A stretch of 64,000 nucleotides of DNA from Ptychomitrium polyphyllum. Lineage: Eukaryota. The stretch covers positions 19,468,001 to 19,532,000 of the forward strand of contig OZ316775.1 of assembly GCA_973851085.1 (NCBI GenBank), written 5' to 3'. Below the pieces are notes generated by a model, which was given only the letters and a program-made list of their open reading frames with translations, ran no database searches and was not told the DNA's origin. Position 1 is the stretch's first letter; each line of letters opens with the position of its first letter. Below, piece by piece: positions 27,736 to 38,855 of the stretch. Position numbers and translations under genes: made by a program.

Positions 27736-29755
27736 ATTAGGAGAGCAAGCTATTAAAACTCTGCATAACATCCTACAGGAGTAACAGTGATCCACCTTCG
27801 AGATAACAATTATCTCCTTGCTTCTACTTGAACTAAAGTACGTCCGTAGTTGGGTACTGTAGATATTTGCCAGTGTGCATGGCAGCTCGATAACTTTTTT
27901 TGAAGTAAAAAATACTGCAATAATCTTCTAGTTTCATATAAAGCAAAATTTCCACCTAGTTCTGGTTTTGTTTGAAGAAATAAAATGGCATTCTAGAATT
28001 ATGCATTATTACATTCTGCTGTTATTTTCAGGTGCAATTCAAGTGCTCACTGCAGATCTCATCATGCATGGTGATTTTTTTGATTAACACAGACTAGTGA
28101 CCAATGGCACAAAACTTGATGGTGCAGAATATACAATTTACAGTAGAAAGTTAATGCTACTGAAACTAACAAGGACTCAGGACCCACCCAAGTTTTATTT
28201 CGCCATACTAGAGACCTCAGAACAAATGTAGATAGCTATAAATGGACTATATTAAAGGAGAAAACAATACTAAAGCAATGAACTCTACAGAGATCTACTG
28301 TAACTGAAAAGATGATTGGTTAAGAAGCACAAAAACATTTTAAACTTCTTAATCGGTTGTAAATGATTTCTCTCAAACTTTTAAACATTTAAGTCAAAGG
28401 TTGCTAAGCTTAAATATCAATGGACCTATATAAACCTGTGAATCCTTGTATACCTGCATACCTTTATGCCAGCTTGAATGTCTACTGCTGGCATAAATAT
28501 TCCTAAAACAACAATGTGTTCAGATGAAACACAACGTTGAATAGGTAATGCTAAGGAGGAACTCATTCTCTAATTACCGGAGGAACACAGCGCACAGTAG
28601 GCAGAGTAACACAATCGCTCACCATTCAATGCACCGATAGGTGGGTAGTCATTGTCAATTACTTTCATGAAGCACCTTATCACCAGAGTTGTCTACATGG
28701 ATGGACATGAGGCAAAACTTGTCCATTAAGGATCGGACAGACGGACAGCCTAGTCCTATTGAACAAACATGACAACATGTTTTTCAAATATTTTTGAATG
28801 CAGATGAATTTCTTTAAGCATGCTTTGAATTGGAGACCTAGTGAAAATCCTTGGGGTTAGACGGACGAAGGCAGACGGGCGGGCCAGTAGACAACCCATA
28901 TGAACATGCACAGTCTCAAACTTGCGAACATGAATGTCACAACACTGGCACAGGCTGTCATACAGATCTAGCAGATGTTCGGTTACATCTCTGCCAGGAA
29001 AAGGTAATCATTAAAAGTAAACCTCATCATGGCAACAAAAGTGTGTACCTTCGTCCAAGCACTTGTCACATTGACGTGAACCTCAATCTGTTTCTCCTTC
29101 AGAACCTCTCTTGTCAGTGCGTTAGTATGTCTCACCAAAACTTGGTCCTATACTCTCAGTTCGCCGAATAGGAGCCAACTGGTAGATAATAATCAGTGTG
29201 CACCTCCTAACGCAAACTTCAAAGCATTCAATCTCAGAAAAATTATCTAGGTGTTGGAATATCTGGATCGTAATATCACGAGTCGGTCCTCCGACGGTGA
29301 TCACCAAATAGTCTTTACTGTTGAGGATCCGCGAGTTATGCTTGCTCTAGTAAATGTCCTTGTGCGCTGCGCCGATGCCATCCAAACTTCTGCTGATACC
29401 TAACTGTAAGCATCTATTGCCAGTCTGCCAGAATTCAGAATGGCTCCTTTATTAGCACGCCGACCTCTACAAAGTAGAACAACGCCGCGGAGCTCAGAAA
29501 TACAACCGAAATCGTCATCCATTTACATACATCCTATAACGCGAACCGAAGCGAACTATGCTACACAATCAGAAATCGTGATGTGAGCGACGTGAGCGAC
29601 GTGAACGCCATCGGAATGGATATTTTGAATATCCTCTCACAAGCACCGACGATGTAGTGTAACTGGGTGACGCTCTGATCCAGCGTGACCTTCTCCCACT
29701 CCCAAGTATCACATCTGTTTCTCTTGGTTATCATGCCAGTATCTTCCGTGTATGA

Positions 29756-29832
29756 AAACAGTATCACCCGTGTACAATAACAGTACCATCCGTGTAGAAT
29801 AACAGTACCACCCGTGTATAGCAACAGTACCA
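29756..29832. repeat. 22-bp tandem repeat, about 3.5 copies
   Basis: aacagtatcacccgtgtacaat / aacagtaccatccgtgtagaat / aacagtaccacccgtgtatagc / aacagtaccac. Confidence 0.85.
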
Positions 29833-32040
29833 CTAGGATATGAAATCAAAATTACCTGAGTATATCATGCCACGTCACCAGTCCTGCGTAGCACAACGGC
29901 ATCCAGGCTCACAACGAACAGTATTGTAATTGTTGGCGGAGTGAGGATTCTATGAGAGTGGTGCTGTAAACAAATTTGGTGTCTTGCCAAGTAGAGGTAT
30001 CGCTTTGCGCACTATTCTGGGGAAACCGCAGCAATTGAAAGCAGCATCACAAGCCTCCGAAAATTATTTTCGAGCTAGAGTCACTACAATGAGCAGAAGA
30101 GGCCAACAGACCAGGAATACTTCGCTCAGCTACTTACCAACAAGTTAGTAAAGCAAAAGTATAATTTATACTTATAGGAGTTATAATGGACGCATCTATT
30201 TTGTGCTCCACAGAGTACTCTAGTACTAAGGATTTTATGTCTTGGCAGAACCTGTGCTTGAAATTACAGAGACCTTCAACATAAGAGATGCATGTCCAAA
30301 ATGCCATATTCGTTATATTGGCCAATTTCCATAATCTTCATAATGCTAAGTTGTCATATCCTCACTAGTTTTAGCGTAAAACACAACAGGAATTGGTCAG
30401 TTTAACGAATATGGCGTTCAAGCATGCGAACTGCGAGCAGCCAATCGTCAACGTCAACGGGAACTGCGGCACAGGAGAAGGTGGCGAGATACTCTAATCC
30501 GCGAGTCCCGCAGAAACCAGCAGCAAATCGATGATCACTAACATGCAATAAAAGTCCAGAATGCTCTGCAGGATCAGCCGCCGAGCAAAATCCGGAAACA
30601 ACACATCATCAGACAAAACTCCTTCAAACCCGCGGTACAGAATCCAACAGCGTCACCGCACCTAAATCTGACAGTATCTACTGTAACAGTAAACTTCTTT
30701 TTGTGTCATGCCCTCTACTGGAGAGCAGCTGCCATTCGTTGGCATCGCCAGGCTTGGACGCGCGTGCAGCAGTAGGACAGAGCAGCAACGGGATGATAAG
30801 TGAGTACAGATGTGGCTACACATACGCCGAGCTTACAAGGGCGATCGTGAAATCTGGAAGCTAATACAGTCTAGGCGATTGGCCAAGAAGAGTAAGACAA
30901 CTTTCGCATATATGCAGTCATTAGATGAGAATTTCGATCTGAAATTGAAGTACCATGTTGTCTCTCTAGTGAGCTCTTTACAGGATCTGATGAATTTGGT
31001 GAACCTGGCAGCGGAGTCACGATTTCGTGGCTGTCTGCGTCTTCTAGTAAGCTGAGTCGATCGGCTGACTGGGTGGTTCGTACTTGTATGAAGAATTCAT
31101 CGGAGTAGAGAGGGGAAAGAGTGCTGCAATTTGACTAGAAGAAAACTAGATATGAGGTAAGTGATTTTGCAGTACTCAAGTTGCTAGAGCTCATGACCGA
31201 TGTTGAAGATAGCTGATCGAGTAATGTAGATATGTTCCGATATGTTCCGATCGCAATTAAGCAGGTTATTCGTGGCTTGGTGTCGTACCCAATTTCCAAC
31301 TTTTTGTTGAAGATGTGCTTGTTGTGGAAGTGGTCGAAGTTTAAATTTGATTTTGCATGAGTTTTTGATCTTTCGGTAGTCTGGTTCTCTCTTAATTGAA
31401 GGAGACGGTCTTCTCTCGCTATTTAGAGTCTGCTCGTGTGCGGCATTTTAAACGAGAGTTTGGCTATGGTCCAGATTCTGCTTCTAATCCACCTCCGTAA
31501 CAGAGTTGATTCATCAGCATCAGGGTCAAAATAATATCCGAATTATGGCTGGTAGTAGTGGTGCACATGCGGGGTTACTATCGTCTAATCCTAGTAGAAT
31601 CTGAGTTTTCGCTAATTGATTACTTTATTGTAGATTCGAGCAGGTGTAATTACTCACGACACTCCCATTACTTCAGCTTGCTCAAGATGGAGTTTCCATG
31701 TCAATGTTTATGTGCCTTCATTGACAACCGTGGTCCTTTAGCTGATTCATTTTCGTGCATTTCCATGTCTACTTCAGTAATTTGAATCATTGGATTATTC
31801 AGGCCACAACTGATACTAATTTTGGTGCTGGATGTCGATCGTTTGGTTTCTTGTGTGAAGGGGTAACTGATTCCGGAATCTCGGAAGTGCATATTTATTA
31901 GCGAAGGGTGGACGTGTGGGGTTTCCTGTCCCCTGGAATCTGGATGGTCACAAGCGCGCGGGAAATTCAATTGGAGTGCTCCTTAAAATCCACTGGAATC
32001 AGTGAGATCGGATATATTCAATGGCGGGGGTATGCGAACG

Positions 32041-32526
32041 ATGAAAAAAAATGATCTGTTCTTGGCTGAGGAAGATCGTGCGGATCGCCGGCGATTGGTC
32101 TCGGCGCTGCTCACTGGGCTCATCACAACCATCCTTGTACTGGCATTCTTCGTCTTCGCCAGGCGCCTCTTCTAGTCTACTTCTGGTTTGTAAAATCCCG
32201 AAATGCACCGGGATGCAGCATCCAGCGAACATGGCGAGAAACTCGCGGCTGCGACTGGAAGGCTTCACAATATAAGCGAGCTATTCACTCATACAAAGCA
32301 AGCGTTGTGACCAAGATTGAACTTTGAGACCAAATGGCTCACCAAACAGCCTTTTACGCTGCTTTCGTCATTCGCATCTTATTGCAAGGATTACCCGCAG
32401 GAACCTACACTCAGTGAACTTAGGACTTTACATTTCCTTTCGAAGCTCAGGTTGCTGTTTTTCCCTCTCTGCCGAGTCTTCTGCCGTAAGCTGTGTTGTC
32501 GTCTCGATGTTATCCTTCAAGTGTAA
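32041..32526 (+). pseudogene. Stop-interrupted reading frame of an unknown membrane-anchored protein (copy A)
   Basis: One frame: MKKNDLFLAEEDRADRRRLVSALLTGLITTILVLAFFVFARRLF*...LHNISELF...*PRLNFETKWLTKQPFTLLSSFASYCKDYPQEPTLSEL...; homologous to 38190-38450. Confidence 0.5.
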
Positions 32527-35380
32527 CTGTGAACTAGATACCGAAGAGCCGCGGGAGCAGTTTACGGTGCACTGATGCCACTTTGTTTCTTTAAACCTCC
32601 AGTGTCCACAACTGTACATGCTTGTTAGTCCAAGTCTCCTCTTTACCTTGGCACCATTTGACCTGGTATAATGAAAATCCAATCCTGGGCAATGTTAGGA
32701 TGTGTAGTAGACGTCTGCAGTTATATCAGACTAGTCCGCTCCTCAGTACCCTCATTTGTTTTTGCTTTAGGCCATGATCTGTATACCGGTAACAACACTG
32801 GAAATCGCCTCTTCAGTCGTCATAGCAGCAAACGAGAGGTGGGAAGACATATCATTGTGAGAGGTCACTGCTGTTCAGACACGACATCAACGTCGTGCAA
32901 CAGATGATCACTCCTCTAACGTGGCCACGACGCCACTCGATCCTACATCGCCATCGATCTACAACGACGTCTCCTGGAGCTCATCTTTCTAACTCCCAGA
33001 TCTGGACCCCGTGCAGCTTGTCCTTGCAACTGAGCCGAGATTAACTGCACTCGCATACTGGACTAAATTAGTGCGTGCATGTACTAGCACCGGAATTTGC
33101 TCCAATCTGCCTGACGTGAAAGGACCGGCGATTCGTGCGATCTGCAGCATTGACGGAGTCCGTCATGCGTCGGTATCAACGTCGACGATACTGCATGCTC
33201 CATGCATATTGATTTGTGGGCCCACTTTGAGCATGTGGAAAAATCATGGACCTGCGCTTGAAACTCTCTTATCACTGGACTTTGCCTTTGGCTGTGAGAT
33301 GGTTCACCACCCACGTGGCATGTACTGTGATCTACACGTGTTTATGCTTTTCTATCTTGCGTCCTGCAGTCAAAAATTCCTAAATATGATTTATTTTCAA
33401 TCACAAGTATGCCCAGAACACTCTTCAGGTCATAGTTAAGGTAGCAACAGCCATGAGTGGGACTTTGATGCAAGTGAAGTTACTGAACATGGTTAGTATT
33501 TGTAAATTAGAGAGGTAAATATATTGAACCATACTAAGGATAAAAAGATTTGAAAATGCATGTGTGTAAAAAATAGATGTTTATAATATAAATGGATTTT
33601 AGTGTAACTATAATGTTTCATATAGCAAGGTTGTTGAATCCAAAATCATTCATGTACTTAAGAATCTTTGAGATATGGAGGTTTTTAGACTTGAATTTTG
33701 ACCTCTTTCTTGATTGGAATTGGTGCCATTAGAGACACTAGAACTAAGTGTAGAGATTTTTTTAAAAAAAGTTGTTTTAAAACCAAAATAAATTGTAGGT
33801 GTTGATATTATAAGCGGTGTAGTAGAAGTAAAGGAATTAGATGAAGGAGTGTATTAGAATTAGAATTAGAATTAGATGAAGGAATTGAAAATTAGAAGAA
33901 AACTATGTGTAAATTTTTATTTATCAATTCTTTAATGCCTAAGTAGGCACTATGTAATTATTAGAGTTTATGTAATTAAAGTGATTTAGAGCTAATGAAG
34001 ATTTAAACTTCCTATAATAAAGTCTAAATGAGTGTATTGATATTATAAACTAGTGCAAAAAATCTGATTGCACTTTGTACAAGCATAACTTTTACAATCA
34101 AACAATAAATTTGTGGCTTGAAAATAATTATTATATCAATAAAAGTTTTTAAAAAGTAAAGAAATGCATATAAAAATGATATAATATCTGTAAAATTGTC
34201 ACGTGGTATTTGAAGTGTTATAAATAATATTTACACAAATGTTAATAAGGTCAATTTAAAAAGCATTTTTATAAAAAGATCTAAGAATATTTTGATAATT
34301 CATTTATTAAAAACAAGTCAAAATGTCACATTTGTATGTGATATCTTTATAAATACAATGTTGAATATAAATGAATGAATGAAGGTCTAAACAATAAAAA
34401 GGGTTTTAATATGAATGTTGTCTTTTTAATATTTCATTTAAAAAAATTTGTAAGCAAAATGATTCAAAACTTAATGTACAAGGAAATGCATAAGAAAATA
34501 TCAAATCTTATATAAACGACTATAGCATGGATGTTATAAATACAAAATTCATATTAATATTTTTTGTTTTGGTGAAGTTTTTAAATTAATCATTGAAATT
34601 GATTTTTTTTTTTTTTATACATGATTAATGATTTATTCAAATACATATAAGATTTACATTGTATTGTATTGTATGTATTATAGTCAAATATTATACAAAT
34701 ATATGTATTTGACTACAATATATCATTGTACATGGTTTAAATCACTATTATAAAGAAAAAAACTTTTACTTTAATACACTAGTAATTCTTTACTATTTTT
34801 TATGACACATGTAATATATTCTTATAAATATGTTAATATATTTCACTCTTATACTAATACTCATTGATTTATGAATCTTTTTTAATATTTTGTATAACCA
34901 TAAATTTATACATCCTTCATAAATTTCATAATTATTAGTGCAAAAAAATAATTTGAATATACATTGTCAATTCATATTGGCATTGTTAAATGTTTAAATA
35001 GTTTGTCCATAATTTTGTATTCATTGAAGAATGAATCAATGGCAATTGAAAAGCCATATAGTAATGTGAATCTTATATAGTTGCATATTGGGCATATTTT
35101 TTTATAAAAGCAACAACTCAAAAGTTGCATTTAATATGAACTTAAGACTATAAACTTATTAAACAACATGGCAGTTCAAATTGCAACTTAGGCTGTAACA
35201 TATTATATTCTATCATTTGAAGATGTTGAAATATATACTAAAAGATCTAAAATTCTAAGTAATCATTTTAAACAATGACAATTATAAGATTGATACAAGC
35301 TTAATACTTTTAAGATCTTACATATTGATATTTAAATTTGGACAATCATTGACTAATATATTCATTTAAATGGTTACAAT

Positions 35381-36247
35381 AGTTACAGACATACATATTA
35401 TAAGCATATAAAAAAGTTCTTGGAAGATTTAGAAAGGCTAAAAAAACCTCTAAGGAAGTTATTTTGGCTAAAGAAGTTTCCAAATAAGCAATCTAAGGTT
35501 GCTTGACTACAAAGCATTGTATTAGGAGCTTCTCAAGAAGCTTCCAAGATTTGTAGTCCTAATATATATAGGAGTTGAGGCTATAGAGATCTTCAAATGT
35601 ACTTGAGTTTAGTTCTCCTAGTCTTGTCTTTGTACCTTATTTTTTGTTAGGAACACAAAAAACAAGAAGAAGAAACAAAGCGTTTTCCAAGAATTAGCTT
35701 CAAAAAAGCTAATGATTAACAAGAACTAATACAAAGATTAGAATAAGGCTAGATACAATATAATCCACAAATTATATTGGTAAGACTAAGGTATGCCTTG
35801 TCTTGTGTCTTATTTATACTATGATGCTTGTATTTCCTAGGATATTTATAAAGAAGCTTCTTCTAAATCTTAAAATTGTTTTAGAAATCTATGGAACCTT
35901 TTCAAGAAATATCCCAAGATGGTGAAACCTTCCTAAGAAGCTTCCAAGAAATTAAGACCTTCCTTGGATGTTTCCCAAAGAATTAGAACCTTGGTAGGAA
36001 GTTTCCCAGAGGTATTGGAATTTTCCTAAGAAGTTTTCCAAAAAAGTAGAAATGGCTATGGAAACATTGAAAATATTCTAAGAAGCTGCTACAATAGACC
36101 AAAAGGTTCTAAAAGGTTGTAAGGACTATATTGCATGACCTATGTCCGTGATAATAATAGCCATTTTCTTCTAATATACTTTGGACATATTCTTTTCCAT
36201 ATTCTAGAGTTTTCAAGCCTTGCCTTATTGTTATTTTGTTTGTAACA
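35381..36247 (+). mobile_element. Family-B solo LTR (opposite orientation to the others) with 5-bp TSD ACAAT
   Basis: Reverse complement of the 53346/61067 LTRs; ends ...tgtaaca; ACAAT at 35376-35380 and 36248-36252. Confidence 0.8.
35645..36153 (-). mobile_element. Family-A solo LTR nested inside the family-B solo LTR
   Basis: Starts tgttagg, ends tatgtccgtgata; collinear with 11247-11840. Confidence 0.88.
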
Positions 36248-37974
36248 ACAATAAAAACACACTATCATTTTATAACAGTGGTATTTATTACAATAAATTA
36301 TAGTGTTATTTAATTTCAACTTCACATTCATTTTCATTTGATAGTTAGCATTCCATAATTATTAATGACATGTGCTCTTTTATAAGAAATTTACTATGCA
36401 ATAAAGAATAAAATGTGACATTTAATTTATAGAAGATGTAATTATTTTAAAGTTTAAAAAATGTTTGTTTTTAAAGTATGATGGGCAATTGAAGATATGA
36501 ATTATAAAATACTTGACAACACAATCTTATGATAATTTGTAACAAATGATATGAGTACTAAATTAAAGTCATAAAGCATTGTGGATTAATAAATTATAAT
36601 TTTGAACATAAAAAAATTGGATATAAAATTTAGCTCATTGCAGTTTGAAATTAAGCTTCCTTCATCTATTTATTTCAATATACAACTTTTAACTAGGAAT
36701 TGTTGTATATTTTTATAAAACTTTGTTAGTATAAAATGAATCATTTAAGAATTGATGCTTCAAATAATGGCTTTGCACAACTAAATATAACTCAAATTTG
36801 TAGCCGGCGTCTTATTTCTTAAACTTATTTTGTATGGAATGCTCCATGGCTTTTTAAGTGCTACAGAAATTATTAAAATTAAACAAATTTATATAAAATA
36901 CTTAGAAAATCTTCATAATGTTTAAAATAATGCAAGAATTTCAGTGCAATATTTTGACTTTATTTAAATTACAATCCAACTATACATCTTTGAAGGAAAA
37001 AGGTTCTTTGAGTTTACAGTTGTTAAATCATTAAAAATTGACATTTGGCTCTTCTGAGAGTAAAATTTGGTCATTATGTTTTTTTTTGAACAATTATTTA
37101 TTTAATTATTTTAAATAATTTTTAATGAATATAGTTTATTCTTTGTGGGTTCAATTATTTTTGAAATGCATAAAAATGCTTCTCCTTAAATTCTCATATA
37201 TATTACAAAGTACTGCTTTGAAGTACGTTTAAAATTGAATATAATGTAATTGAAATAAATATTAGTATTTTTAATCAAAAAATTGATGTAATATTAAAAT
37301 TATAAAACTCCTTCAAAATCCAATATGAAAACAAAACATCAAAATTCACCAAAACAAAAGTTCAAAATTAAATATTCTTCATATATTAATATCCAATCCT
37401 TTTGTGCTATTCTTGATGCAACAATCTTCATGGAATAATGCTTTAATTATTAATTATTAAGATGGTGCAAAATTTTTGTGTTCCATTTTAACTCCATATT
37501 AACTTTCAACTCCAACAGATGTTTTAAATGAAGGAGATAGAGCAACTCCTAAAGGACTAAAACCCTGGCTTTCTATTATCTAAGATTGTCGTTACTTTTG
37601 AACAGTCCTGTTGTTCGGATCTTGTTCGCATCAGTGACACTGATTCGACGGGTTACTTTTAGTATCACGAAAAAGATGTTTAGATCTCGGGACGCTAAAT
37701 ACCATACCCGCGGCGCTTGCAAGGATTCTGAACCATCCACGTCGCGGACGATAACTGGAAGATACCATGACAACACCGGCACAATATCCGGAGAGGTACC
37801 TGGCTGGGTATCTGGTGAAGTCAGTGTCGACTGTGAAGGACAGCCAGAGCCATCGCTCGTTGAGCTTTCGAAAACGCCCCCCTTGGCTATGCGTTGTGAG
37901 TCATGCTGATGCGACGCCAGTTGACTGTGATGTTGCAGCGGAGTCGCGCAGGCGGACACTGCACTCACATACTT

Positions 37975-38536
37975 ATGGCTGAACTCTCGGTATCCTCTTC
38001 CACTCTCCTCATTGCTATATTTTGCTGCACCGTTGTTGCTATCACAGCATTAGGGTGATGGTAAGCATCCGAACAGGCATCTAATGTTTTGAAGCAAGAG
38101 GCGTTTCGATGTATCAAGCACCTTGCGCTCATTGTTTTGTTGTTTGTCGAGTTTCAGCCAAGTCCTACCCTGCCAGATTATGTATCTGATAGTGTTCGCA
38201 ACGTTCAGCAGCTCTTCCTTCCGTCAAGATCGAACCTCGCGTTTAAAGTGGCTCGTCAAGCAGGTTTCTACGTTGCTTTCATCATTCACGTCTCATCGTA
38301 AGAGTCTCTCGCAGGAGCCCACACTTTCTGATTTCGGCGTTTCTGATGAAGAACTCTCGACGTTGGGTTGCTTGTTTTCGCTTTTCTACGGAGTCTTTTC
38401 GCTTGACTTGTGTTTGCTTGTCTTGTTTGGGGGTTCAAGCCAAGTGTATGGTAAATGGGTCGTTTGCTTGGTTTGTCATACTCCCGGGTACCCAACGCTA
38501 AGTCTTCAGTGTGAGATTTGGTTGTTTTTTGGTTGA
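37975..38536 (+). pseudogene. Second, disrupted copy (B) of the unknown protein sequence, immediately upstream of AGO
   Basis: Signal-peptide-like start at 37975 (MAELSVSSSTLLIAIFCCTVVAITALG), possible intron about 38061-38157, then VRNVQQLF...SRSNLAF, a 1-nt shift, and KWLVKQVSTLLSSFTSHRKSLSQEPTLSDF. Confidence 0.45.
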
Positions 38537-38855
38537 GTGGTTAGTGCTTTCGGTTTTGTGATGCGCATTGATTATTTTGGCAATTATCTGCCTTCTCTTG
38601 CAATGTAATTGTGGTCTTTATTGAAGTTTTATCAGATCTCGATTTGCTGTGTGACCGCTGTTTATAATTGAGTTCGTTGTTGCTTGATTTCTTCTTTCTG
38701 CTCACGAGTTTGTTGTTTTGTTTCTAGAGTCATGTTTTGCGTGTATATCGCGTTATGAACATTTAGTGAAGCACCGAGTTATTCAGAGATCGTTGAAGGC
38801 TCTCGTCTTGTTCTGAATTTCTTGGTGCTCGTTGCTCCTCCAAGCATATACTACC

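Larger units (their letters stand above)
33500..37500 (+). mobile_element. Highly decayed AT-rich element, possibly Helitron-like Rep/Pif1 helicase, interrupted by nested solo LTRs
   Basis: Only faint motif echoes: CESYIVAYWAYFFYK near 35065, YTKRSKILSN near 35235, PILLCYS..NLHGIML near 37393 (compare Pif1 FPxxLxYAxTIHKSQGxTL). Confidence 0.3.

Noticed and set aside
32900..33100. Faint resemblance to AGO exon 1 downstream of copy A
   Set aside because: Only a few short scattered matches; not enough to call an AGO remnant without alignment statistics.
37576..37968. Overlapping 130-aa and 107-aa ORFs upstream of AGO
   Set aside because: No motifs or homology visible; likely chance ORFs in GC-richer promoter DNA.
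38225..38290. Box C-like ATGATGA on the minus strand of the duplicated segment (snoRNA idea)
   Set aside because: No matching CTGA box D or terminal stem, and the substitution pattern fits coding sequence better.
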